Assembly: GCA_042218235.1 (NCBI GenBank)
Contig: JBDGRI010000036.1
Span: forward strand, 1 to 54,512
Origin: Candidatus Pacearchaeota archaeon
GTDB taxonomy: Archaea; Nanobdellota; Nanobdellia; Pacearchaeales; GW2011-AR1
Reading direction: 5' to 3'
Length of the DNA stretch: 54,512 nt
The notes beneath the pieces were generated by a model that ran no database searches, was not told the DNA's origin, and was given only the letters and a program-made list of their open reading frames with translations. Position numbers and translations under genes: made by a program. Shown here one piece after another: positions 26,901 through 35,420 of the stretch (position 1 is its first letter; every line of letters begins with the position of its first letter).

Positions 26901-27486
26901 AGAGAAAATCAAAGAAGCAGTAATTTCCGGAATTAAAGGCATTAGCCAGGTTCTTGTCGTAAAGAGAGGCAAAGACTATGTTGTAGTAACTCTCGGAACA
27001 AACTTGAAAGAAATGTTGAAGATGAAGGAAGTTGACGGGGAAAAGATAATGTCTAACGATTTATTCGAAGTTGCAAATGTCTTCGGGATTGAAGCTGCAA
27101 GAGCATTAGTCGTCGATGAACTAAACTATGTTGTAAATACTCAAGGTATTGGGATTGACAGAAGACACATTGAACTTTCTGCGGACGCGCTTGTTAATAC
27201 CGGGTATGTTAAAGGAGTAACTAGAATGGGAATTATTGCTCAGAAATCTTCTATCTTGGCAAGAGCAACTTTCGAGACTCCGGTTAACCAATTCGTAAGA
27301 GCAACCGTGAAAGGCGAGAAAGAAGAACTTTCAAGCGTTATAGAAAACATAATCTTGAACCAACCGGTTCCCGTCGGAACAGGATTGCCTGGATTGCTTG
27401 TTAAAGTTGTGGGGCCTTTGCAAAAATCCGAGAAAGAAAAAGAACAAGCTTCAGAAAAAGCAGTAGAAAAGGCCGCTAACGAGTGA
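23980..27486 (+). CDS. rpoA: DNA-directed RNA polymerase subunit A, with A' and A'' regions in one ORF
   Basis: 1168 aa. It carries an N-terminal Zn site, the catalytic [13 protein letters not shown], a bridge-helix region ([14 protein letters not shown]) and the A''-type trigger loop ([22 protein letters not shown]). No stop codon separates these regions. Confidence 0.95.
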   Translation: [1168 protein letters not shown]

Positions 27487-27545
27487 ACTTCTAAATAAAT
27501 GTCGACGGAGAAAACTTTATAAAAAAAGTTTACCAAAAGCTTCTT

Positions 27546-27962
27546 ATGGAAAGGACATTAAACATGCAAGATTTGAGATATATCAACTTGTTCTCCAAGA
27601 TAACAAAGGTAAATACCAAAGACTTTTTTGAGTATAACGGGACGCTGTTTTTTTGTGTCCCAAAAAACTTAGTTTCTAAAGCCCTCGGAGAAAACACCCA
27701 AAACCTAAAAAAAATTAGAGAAGTTTTAGGAAAGAAGGCAAAAATTCTCCCTAAACCCGAAGGAAATAAAGACATAAAGAATTTTATTCAAAAAGTAATT
27801 GAACCTGTTAACGTAAGAAGCATTGAAGTAGATGAAGAAGAGATTACTGCTAACGCTACAAAGCCCAACAAAGCATCTCTTATAGGAAGGGATAGAAAAA
27901 AATTAAGAGAAATGAACAAAATTACACAAAGTTTTTTTGGAAAACAATTTAACGTGACCTAA
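27546..27962 (+). CDS. nusA: archaeal NusA-like transcription factor (two KH domains)
   Basis: 138 aa, in the conserved position after rpoA and before S12. KH-like GxxG segments (ALGENTQNLKKIREVLGKK, LIGRDRKKLREMN). Confidence 0.85.
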   Translation: MERTLNMQDLRYINLFSKITKVNTKDFFEYNGTLFFCVPKNLVSKALGENTQNLKKIREVLGKKAKILPKPEGNKDIKNFIQKVIEPVNVRSIEVDEEEITANATKPNKASLIGRDRKKLREMNKITQSFFGKQFNVT

Positions 27963-28023
27963 CACAAAATCTAAAAAAATACTTCACAAAAGTTTTTAAA
28001 TAAAACACAAGTAGAAATCTAGC

Positions 28024-28446
28024 ATGGGATTGAAAAATGCAAAAAAAATAATGGAAAGAAGGAAGAAATTTAGATGGAAATCTCGTGATTACAAAAACAG
28101 GGTTTTGGGTCTTTATGAGAAGTCAGATCCTCTTGGTGGTGCTAATCAAGCTAAAGGAATTGTTCTTCAAAAGATGCAGAAAGAAGCTAAACAGCCAAAC
28201 TCAGCTATGAGAAAATGTTGCAGAGTACAGCTTACAAAGAATGGTAAACAAGTAAGTGCTTTTATTCCGGGAAATTTAGGTTCTAAGTATATTGACGAGC
28301 ACGATAACGTTATGATAGAGAGAATTGGAGGAAACCAAGGACGTTCTAAAGGAGACATTCCAGGAATTAAGTATAAAGTTATCAAAGTAAATGATCAACC
28401 TCTTCACAGACTTGTGCAAGGTAAAATAGAGAAAGGTCGAAGATAA
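28024..28446 (+). CDS. rps12: 30S ribosomal protein S12 (uS12)
   Basis: [28 protein letters not shown]...[10 protein letters not shown]. Confidence 0.95.
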   Translation: MGLKNAKKIMERRKKFRWKSRDYKNRVLGLYEKSDPLGGANQAKGIVLQKMQKEAKQPNSAMRKCCRVQLTKNGKQVSAFIPGNLGSKYIDEHDNVMIERIGGNQGRSKGDIPGIKYKVIKVNDQPLHRLVQGKIEKGRR

Positions 28447-28455
28447 AAATAGAAA

Positions 28456-29076
28456 ATGGCTGAACAAAAAACTTACCAACTACCGCAATTCAAACTTTTC
28501 GACCGTTATGATGTTTCTCAAATTGAATTTAGAGATTCTGGTTTGCAAAGAGTGATTAATCTTGAACCAAAGTTAATTGCTAAGAGTTACGGCCGAAGAG
28601 AAGGAAAATTCGGTCAGGCAGAGGTTAATGTTATTGAAAGATTGGTGAACAAAATTGCTACTGCAGGACACAGAGGAAAGAAACATAAGATAGAAAAAGG
28701 AGAATCTACTGGAAAAGACACGAAGAATTTAAACATTGTCCTCGAAGCGTTCCAAATAATTGAAAAAAGAACACAGGAGAATCCTATACAGGTTTTAGTG
28801 AGAGCTATAGAAAATTCTTCTCCTCGGGACGAAGTAACTGTTGTAGAGTATGGAGGAGCTAAATATCCTCAAGCAGTTGATGTTTCTCCTCTGAGAAGAA
28901 TAAACCTTTCTTTGAGGCATATTGCTCAAGGTTCTTCAGATAAGGCATTTAATCAGAAAAAAACATTTTCCCAAGGACTTGCAGAAGAGGTAATAATGGC
29001 TTCTGAAGAAAACGGAAATAGTTTTTCAATTAAAAAGAAAACTGAGGCCGAAAAACAAGCAGACTCGGCTCGATAA
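28456..29076 (+). CDS. rps7: 30S ribosomal protein S7 (uS7)
   Basis: 206 aa, conserved position, uS7-like central and C-terminal blocks (VLVRAIENSSPRDEV...GGAKYPQAVDVSPLRR). Confidence 0.93.
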   Translation: MAEQKTYQLPQFKLFDRYDVSQIEFRDSGLQRVINLEPKLIAKSYGRREGKFGQAEVNVIERLVNKIATAGHRGKKHKIEKGESTGKDTKNLNIVLEAFQIIEKRTQENPIQVLVRAIENSSPRDEVTVVEYGGAKYPQAVDVSPLRRINLSLRHIAQGSSDKAFNQKKTFSQGLAEEVIMASEENGNSFSIKKKTEAEKQADSAR

Positions 29077-29247
29077 TTGGAATAATTTTATAAATAATTA
29101 AATCAATTTAAGCTTACCAATAAAAACGTAAAAATCAAAAAAAACTAAAAGTGACTGCTTTTTCGAAAGAAAAATCAGCCATGAGCAGCAAATTAAAATT
29201 TGCTCCTGCATATTCGCTTTTTCAAGGAGGGAAGTGAAAAATCACAT

Positions 29248-31404
29248 ATGGCCAAAACAGATTTTGTAAAATTAATGAAGAACCAAGACAGAATTAGGAA
29301 TATTGCTATAGCTGCTCATATAGACCACGGTAAAACCACTTTCTCCGACAATCTTTTGGCTGGTGCAGGAATGCTTTCCGAGGATACTGCGGGAAAACAA
29401 AGAGCCTTGGACTTCCACGATGACGAATCTTCCCGAGGAATTACAATTGACTCTGCTGCTGTAAGTATGGCACACCAATTTAATGGCCAAGACTATTTAG
29501 TTAATCTCATTGATACTCCCGGACACGTAGATTTCGGAGGAGACGTAACAAGAGCTATGAGGGCTGTTGACGGAGGGGTTGTCCTTTGCGATGCTGTTGA
29601 AGGAGTAATGCCACAAACTGAAACTGTTCTAAGACAATCTCTAAGAGAACTGGTAAAGCCGGTACTTTTCATTAATAAAGCCGATAGGCTAATCAAAGAA
29701 GTTAAGTTGACTCCCGAAGAAATGCAGAAAAAGTTCATTAACATTATTGACCATGTAAACAGACTTATTAAACAAATTGCTCCTGAAGGATATAAAGAAA
29801 AGTGGCAAGTAAGCGTTTCAGACGGTTCTGTTGCATTCGGTAGTGCTTTCCATAATTGGGCATTAAGTTTCCCTTATATGAAACAACATAATAGGACTTT
29901 CAAGGAAATCATTGATGCTTACGAAAATGACACCTACAAGGAACTTGCTAAGAAAGCTCCTTTACACGAAGTGGTTTTAGACATGGTAGTGAACCACCAT
30001 CCTAGTCCTACTGAAGCTCAACCTTATAGAGTACCAAGGATTTGGCATGGAGATTCTGAATCAGAAATTGGAAAGAACCTAAAGGACTGTGACCCTAGCG
30101 GAGAACCAGTATTTGTTCCTACGAAGATCGTTATAGACAAAAATGCAGGAGAAGTTGCGGCAGGAAGGCTTTTCTCTGGTACATTGAAACAAGGAGATAA
30201 AGTTTATATGAATGTAAGCCAAAAGCCAGCAACCGTTCAACAAGTTTCTATTTACAAAGGCTCTCAAAGAATGATTGTAGACCAAGCAAAGGCAGGAAAT
30301 ATCGTTGGTGTTGTAGGTTTAAAGGACGTATTTGCAGGAGAGACAATAAGCAAAAGTCAAATGGAACCATTCGAAGCAATCACTCATATTTTCGACCCTG
30401 TAGTAACTAAGTCTATAGAGCCTACTAAAGCTGCAGACTTGCCAAAACTAGTAGATGTTTTGAAACAAGTTAACAAAGAAGACCCCTCTATTAAAGTTCA
30501 AATCGATGAAGACACCGGAGAAAGTCTAATTTCAGGAATGGGAGAACTCCATTTGGAAATTTTGGAAGACAGGATCAAGAATGAAAAAGGACTAGAAGTT
30601 AAAACTTCTCCCCCTATAATTGTATATAGAGAAACAGTTTCTAAGGAATCTCCTCAGACAGAAGGAAGAAGCCCTAACAAACACAATAGCTTCTTTTTCA
30701 AAGTCGAGCCATTGGAAGACGAAATTTATGATAAAATCAAATCGGGTGACATTCCAGAAGGAAGAATCAAGAAGAAAAATGAGGCAGTTACACAAGAATT
30801 GCAAAACCTTGGTTGGATGGCCGATGATATAAAGAATGTAAAAGAATTCCATAATGGAAACATGCTTCTAGATGAAACCAAGGGAGAAGTTCATATTGGA
30901 GAAGTTATCGAAATGATTATGGATGCTTTCGAAATGGTAATGAATGAAGGACCTTTAGCAAGAGAGCCTTGCATGAAGATGAAAGTTTCTCTAGTTGATA
31001 TAACCTTACACGAAGATGCTATTCACCGAGGACCGGCTCAAGTTTACCCTGCTGTTCGAGGAGCAATCAAAGATGCAATTACGCAAGCAGGACCATCAAT
31101 TTATGAGCCTTTGCAGATACATTTGATTGAATGCCCTGAAGACAGTATGGGTAATGTAACAAAGCTCGTCGGCGGTAAGAGAGGCCAACTACTTGACATG
31201 AACCAAGAAGAAGGAACAGCAGAAGTTAAGGCCAAAATCCCTGTTTCAGAAATGATGGGATGGTCCAATGAGTTGAGGAGTTCCACTGAAGGTAAAGGTA
31301 CAAGCTCTTTGATGGATCAGGCCTTTGAGAAAGTGCCCGAATCAATGCAAGACGAAGTTATCAAGAGAATCCGTGACAGGAAAGGCCTTGGAGAGAACCA
31401 ATAA
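29248..31404 (+). CDS. fusA: elongation factor 2 (aEF-2)
   Basis: AHIDHGKTT, DTPGHVDF, NKADR, diphthamide-site region HEDAIHRGPAQ. ATG 29248 is preferred over the TTG at 29200. Confidence 0.96.
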   Translation: MAKTDFVKLMKNQDRIRNIAIAAHIDHGKTTFSDNLLAGAGMLSEDTAGKQRALDFHDDESSRGITIDSAAVSMAHQFNGQDYLVNLIDTPGHVDFGGDVTRAMRAVDGGVVLCDAVEGVMPQTETVLRQSLRELVKPVLFINKADRLIKEVKLTPEEMQKKFINIIDHVNRLIKQIAPEGYKEKWQVSVSDGSVAFGSAFHNWALSFPYMKQHNRTFKEIIDAYENDTYKELAKKAPLHEVVLDMVVNHHPSPTEAQPYRVPRIWHGDSESEIGKNLKDCDPSGEPVFVPTKIVIDKNAGEVAAGRLFSGTLKQGDKVYMNVSQKPATVQQVSIYKGSQRMIVDQAKAGNIVGVVGLKDVFAGETISKSQMEPFEAITHIFDPVVTKSIEPTKAADLPKLVDVLKQVNKEDPSIKVQIDEDTGESLISGMGELHLEILEDRIKNEKGLEVKTSPPIIVYRETVSKESPQTEGRSPNKHNSFFFKVEPLEDEIYDKIKSGDIPEGRIKKKNEAVTQELQNLGWMADDIKNVKEFHNGNMLLDETKGEVHIGEVIEMIMDAFEMVMNEGPLAREPCMKMKVSLVDITLHEDAIHRGPAQVYPAVRGAIKDAITQAGPSIYEPLQIHLIECPEDSMGNVTKLVGGKRGQLLDMNQEEGTAEVKAKIPVSEMMGWSNELRSSTEGKGTSSLMDQAFEKVPESMQDEVIKRIRDRKGLGENQ

Positions 31405-31525
31405 TTTGATCCTATAGATGAACATTTTTCTTTAAATTCTTTAATTGATGTTGAAATTTACATTAAAAGACAAATTCTTGATTAAATTTATAAAATTCTC
31501 TATGTAGCATAGTCCGATTTAAAAA

Positions 31526-32962
31526 ATGAACAATCAAAAAAACACAAAAATAATCGGAACGATATCAGACTTGAACTGTAAACCAGATTTTATAGAAAAG
31601 CTTGTTGAGAGAGGAATGAATGTTGCAAGGCTTAATACGGCACATCAAGAGGTCGAGGCAACAAAGCAAGTTGTAGAAAATGTAAGAAGCGTCTCTGAAA
31701 AAATCCCTTTCCTTTTAGATACAAAAGGCCCTGAAATAAGGACTTGTGAAATTTCAGAACCCTTGACAATCGATAAAGATGATGAAGTCGAGGTCTTGGA
31801 TAAGATTTCTAAAAAAACTGTTGATAAAAGAAACAAAAGCTTTAGAGTGAATTATGAAAACCTCAGTTACGACATAAAGCAAGGCGACAAAATTCTTGTA
31901 AATGACGGAGAAATAAAACTCGAGGCGAAAGAAACGTTTGAGAGCAAGATAAAAGCAATTTCTAAAACGTCCGGACAAATAAAAAACAAAAAAAGCGTCA
32001 ATGTCCCGGGCAGGAGAATTAATCTGCCAGCTCTAAGTAAAAAAGACAAAGATTATTTTGAGTTCTGCAAAAAAAACGATATTGATTTTATCGCTCATTC
32101 TTTTGTTAGGAGCAAAGAAGATGTTTTTGCCCTTAAAGAAGAACTGGAACAAAAATCCGAGGAAATAAAGATAATTGCAAAAATTGAGGATAGAGAAGGA
32201 ATCGACAACCTCGAAGAAATTTTGGACAATGTTTATGGAATTATGATAGCTAGGGGAGATTTAGGAGTGGAAATTCGTGCTGAAGAGATACCTGAAACCC
32301 AGAGATATATTGTAAAAAGATGTGTCGAAAGAAAGAAACCAGTTATTGTGGCAACCCAAATGCTACATTCAATGGTTGAAAATCCTTACCCCACGAGAGC
32401 GGAAGTTTCTGATGTAGCCAATGCAGTTTATATGGGGGCCGATTGTGTTATGTTGAGCGAGGAAACTTCTTTCGGAATTTACCCTGAAAAATCTGTAGAA
32501 ACCATGTCAAATATAGTAAAGGAAATCGAAAAATATCGAGAACCGATAAAGGAAAGCTCTATAAATACAATGAGCAATCGGCTCACTGGGGTTTTGGCCA
32601 GGTCTGCTGTTAAAGCTTCTGTGGATTTGGATATAAAAGCCATAATAATGGATACCCTTACTGGCAGGACGGCAAGATATGTTTCGGCATTTAGGGCAAA
32701 AATTCCTGTTTTCGCGCAATGTTACAACAAGAAAGTTATGAGAAAATTAGCACTATCTTACGGAATAATTCCAAGTTATAAAGAGACAAAGGATTCTCCC
32801 GACGAATTTATTTCTGATATAGCAGTTCCACTTATGGAAAAAAAGCAGTTTAAACCTGAAGATTTGGTCGTAATTCTTGCTGGAAGCTTTGGGCCTAACA
32901 GAGGACCTTCATTTATTGAAATAGGTAAAGTAGAAGACTTGGTGCAACGAAAGATAGAATGA
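31526..32962 (+). CDS. pyk: pyruvate kinase
   Basis: TKIIGTI...GMNVARLNTAH...DTKGPEIR...IARGDLGVEI...ATQMLHSM. Confidence 0.92.
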   Translation: MNNQKNTKIIGTISDLNCKPDFIEKLVERGMNVARLNTAHQEVEATKQVVENVRSVSEKIPFLLDTKGPEIRTCEISEPLTIDKDDEVEVLDKISKKTVDKRNKSFRVNYENLSYDIKQGDKILVNDGEIKLEAKETFESKIKAISKTSGQIKNKKSVNVPGRRINLPALSKKDKDYFEFCKKNDIDFIAHSFVRSKEDVFALKEELEQKSEEIKIIAKIEDREGIDNLEEILDNVYGIMIARGDLGVEIRAEEIPETQRYIVKRCVERKKPVIVATQMLHSMVENPYPTRAEVSDVANAVYMGADCVMLSEETSFGIYPEKSVETMSNIVKEIEKYREPIKESSINTMSNRLTGVLARSAVKASVDLDIKAIIMDTLTGRTARYVSAFRAKIPVFAQCYNKKVMRKLALSYGIIPSYKETKDSPDEFISDIAVPLMEKKQFKPEDLVVILAGSFGPNRGPSFIEIGKVEDLVQRKIE

Positions 32963-32963
32963 C

Positions 32964-33767
32964 CTAAAACAAAACGCTTAAGATCATAAGTAAAGCGAAA
33001 ATCAAAACAAACCAACCGAAATTGACTTTCTTTGAAATTTTCATTAAACCATGAATCGTTAAAATTCCAAAAACAAAAGAAGCCACTAAGGCGTAAATAG
33101 AAGTTCCTCCAAAATAGAATTTATCTAAATTCAAAAATAAATTCCCTACGAGAACGATGGGCAAACTCATTAGAAAGCTAAGCCTCAAGGCAGATGTTTC
33201 ATTGAATTTTTTTAACAAAAGTGAGGCGACAGTTATTCCGGAACGGGAAACACCCGGAAAAGCAGCAAGTCCTTGTGAAACACCTGCTATAATTCCGTCG
33301 GAGTAGCTTATGTCTGTTTCTTTTTTATTCCCACTAATTTTTACTTTTAACTGGATGATTCCTGTAAAAAGCAAAAACAATCCAACAAAAAATGTAATTG
33401 TTTTTCCAGTTAGTTCGAGCGAATTTTCTGAAGCAGTTAATACTTCAAGTATGAAAAAACCTATTGCCCCGCTTATTGCCGTCGCTATTAAAAGAAATTT
33501 GAAGGTTTCTTTTTCCTTTTTTTGAGAAATTTTCCAATACAAAGGAATTTTCACCAATTTAAGAACGTCTTTTCTAAAATAGATTAGGGCAGCTAAAAAT
33601 GTTCCAAGATGAAGCCAGAGAGCACTTTCCAAAATTTTATCGGCGGAACTTACTTCGTAAAAATTAGAAAGAATTAGTGCAATTATCCCACTTGAACTTA
33701 CCGGAAGCCACTCCGAAATTCCTTGAACTGCACCTAAAATTACCGATTGTAATCCTGTTAAATCCAT
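32964..33767 (-). CDS. uppP: undecaprenyl-diphosphate phosphatase (UppP/BacA family)
   Basis: Polytopic membrane protein with GISEWLPVSSSG and FPGVSRSGITV motifs. Confidence 0.88.
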   Translation of the reverse strand: MDLTGLQSVILGAVQGISEWLPVSSSGIIALILSNFYEVSSADKILESALWLHLGTFLAALIYFRKDVLKLVKIPLYWKISQKKEKETFKFLLIATAISGAIGFFILEVLTASENSLELTGKTITFFVGLFLLFTGIIQLKVKISGNKKETDISYSDGIIAGVSQGLAAFPGVSRSGITVASLLLKKFNETSALRLSFLMSLPIVLVGNLFLNLDKFYFGGTSIYALVASFVFGILTIHGLMKISKKVNFGWFVLIFALLMILSVLF

Positions 33768-33921
33768 ACTAAAAATTAAATAAGCCAGTATAAATATCTA
33801 TTTGAAGAGGTTTTCCCGACGACGGAACAAAAATTGAGGCAAAAAACCGAAACATTTATAAATAATTTTATTTTGATTAAACCACTAAATAAAAATAATA
33901 CTTAATAAAAAGATAATAAAA

Positions 33922-35217
33922 ATGGCAAAGGATAAATCAAATATGAATGTTGTTTTTGTAGGACATGTAGATGCTGGGAAGTCTACATGTGTTGGACAAG
34001 CAATGTTCCAAACTGGAAATTTACAAGACCAACAGCTTCAAAGGTTGAAAAATGAAGCCGACAAGAACGGAAAAGCTGGTTTTGAGTTCGCTTACTTTAT
34101 GGATAAAGTAAGGGAAGAAAGAGAAAGAGGAGTTACTATCGAATTAGCTTACCAAAAATTGGTTACTGATAACTATCAAGTTACTATCATCGACGCACCT
34201 GGTCATAAAGATTTTGTTAAAAACATGATTACTGGTTCTTCTCAAGCTGATGCTGCATTCCTGGTAATCAATGCAGCTTCGGGAGTTCAACCCCAAACAA
34301 CTGAACACTTGTGGCTACTGAGAACTATGGGCGTTAAGAATGTTGCAGTTCTTGTAAACAAAATGGACGAAGTTGAATACAAGGAAGAAACATTCAATAA
34401 AGTTAAAGAAGATGTTACTGAACTACTAAAGAAAGTTGGTATGAGTCCCGATAATGTTCCTTTCTTAGCAGTAAGTGGGCTTAAAGGAGACAACATCTAC
34501 CAAAGATCAGATAACATGTCTTGGTACAAAGGACCTACTCTAATTGAACAAATTGATAAGTTCCCTGAACCTCAACCACCAGTTGACTTACCAATGAGAA
34601 TGCCAGTACAAGACGTTTACGAAATTACTGGCATAGGAACTGTTCCGGTTGGAAAAATTGAGACTGGTACTATGAAAAAAGGCTCTAAGGTAATGGTAGT
34701 TCCTGGAAGGACAGGAACAGGAATTACTGGGGAGTTGAAGACTATAGAAATGCACCACGAAGCTCAAGAACAAGCTCAAGCTGGAGATAATGTAGGTATC
34801 AACATTAAAGGAATAGGAAAGAAAGACATAGCAAGAGGAGACGTTGTTTGCGACGCAAGTAAGCCGGTTCCAATTGTTGAAGAATTCATTGCACAAATCG
34901 CAATAATAAACCATCCTACTGTTTTGGCTAAAGGTTACACTCCAGTTTTCCACATCCATACTGCACAAGTACCTTGCCAATTCACTGAGTTGATTGCTCA
35001 ACTTGACCCTAAGACTGGCGGTGTTAAGAAAGAAAACCCAGACTACTTGCAAAATGGAGACATTGCTAAAGTAAGACTCCAACCAAAAGGAAACCTTACT
35101 TTAGAAACATCTAAGGAAAACCCCCAAATGAGCAAGTTTGCCGTAAGAGACGCTGGGCAAACAGTTGCTGCTGGAATGTGCTTAGAAATAACTAAGCAAA
35201 AAGAACTTAAGGGTTAG
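33922..35217 (+). CDS. tuf: elongation factor 1-alpha (aEF-1A)
   Basis: GHVDAGKST, DAPGHKDF, NKMD, 431 aa. Confidence 0.96.
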   Translation: MAKDKSNMNVVFVGHVDAGKSTCVGQAMFQTGNLQDQQLQRLKNEADKNGKAGFEFAYFMDKVREERERGVTIELAYQKLVTDNYQVTIIDAPGHKDFVKNMITGSSQADAAFLVINAASGVQPQTTEHLWLLRTMGVKNVAVLVNKMDEVEYKEETFNKVKEDVTELLKKVGMSPDNVPFLAVSGLKGDNIYQRSDNMSWYKGPTLIEQIDKFPEPQPPVDLPMRMPVQDVYEITGIGTVPVGKIETGTMKKGSKVMVVPGRTGTGITGELKTIEMHHEAQEQAQAGDNVGINIKGIGKKDIARGDVVCDASKPVPIVEEFIAQIAIINHPTVLAKGYTPVFHIHTAQVPCQFTELIAQLDPKTGGVKKENPDYLQNGDIAKVRLQPKGNLTLETSKENPQMSKFAVRDAGQTVAAGMCLEITKQKELKG

Positions 35218-35420
35218 TTTTAGTTAGATTCTTTAAGTTTTATTTGTATAATTTTAATTTTTGTTTGTTTATTCCGATATTCCTCAAATACCAAATTTCC
35301 GAGCAACTAATTAGTTTAAAAATAAAATAATCATTTCTTCTAACAAGTTTCATGTCACAGAAAAAACCTCATTAGTTTTAATTAGCAAACAAGAGAGATA
35401 AATTAGAAGGCATCAAAAAA

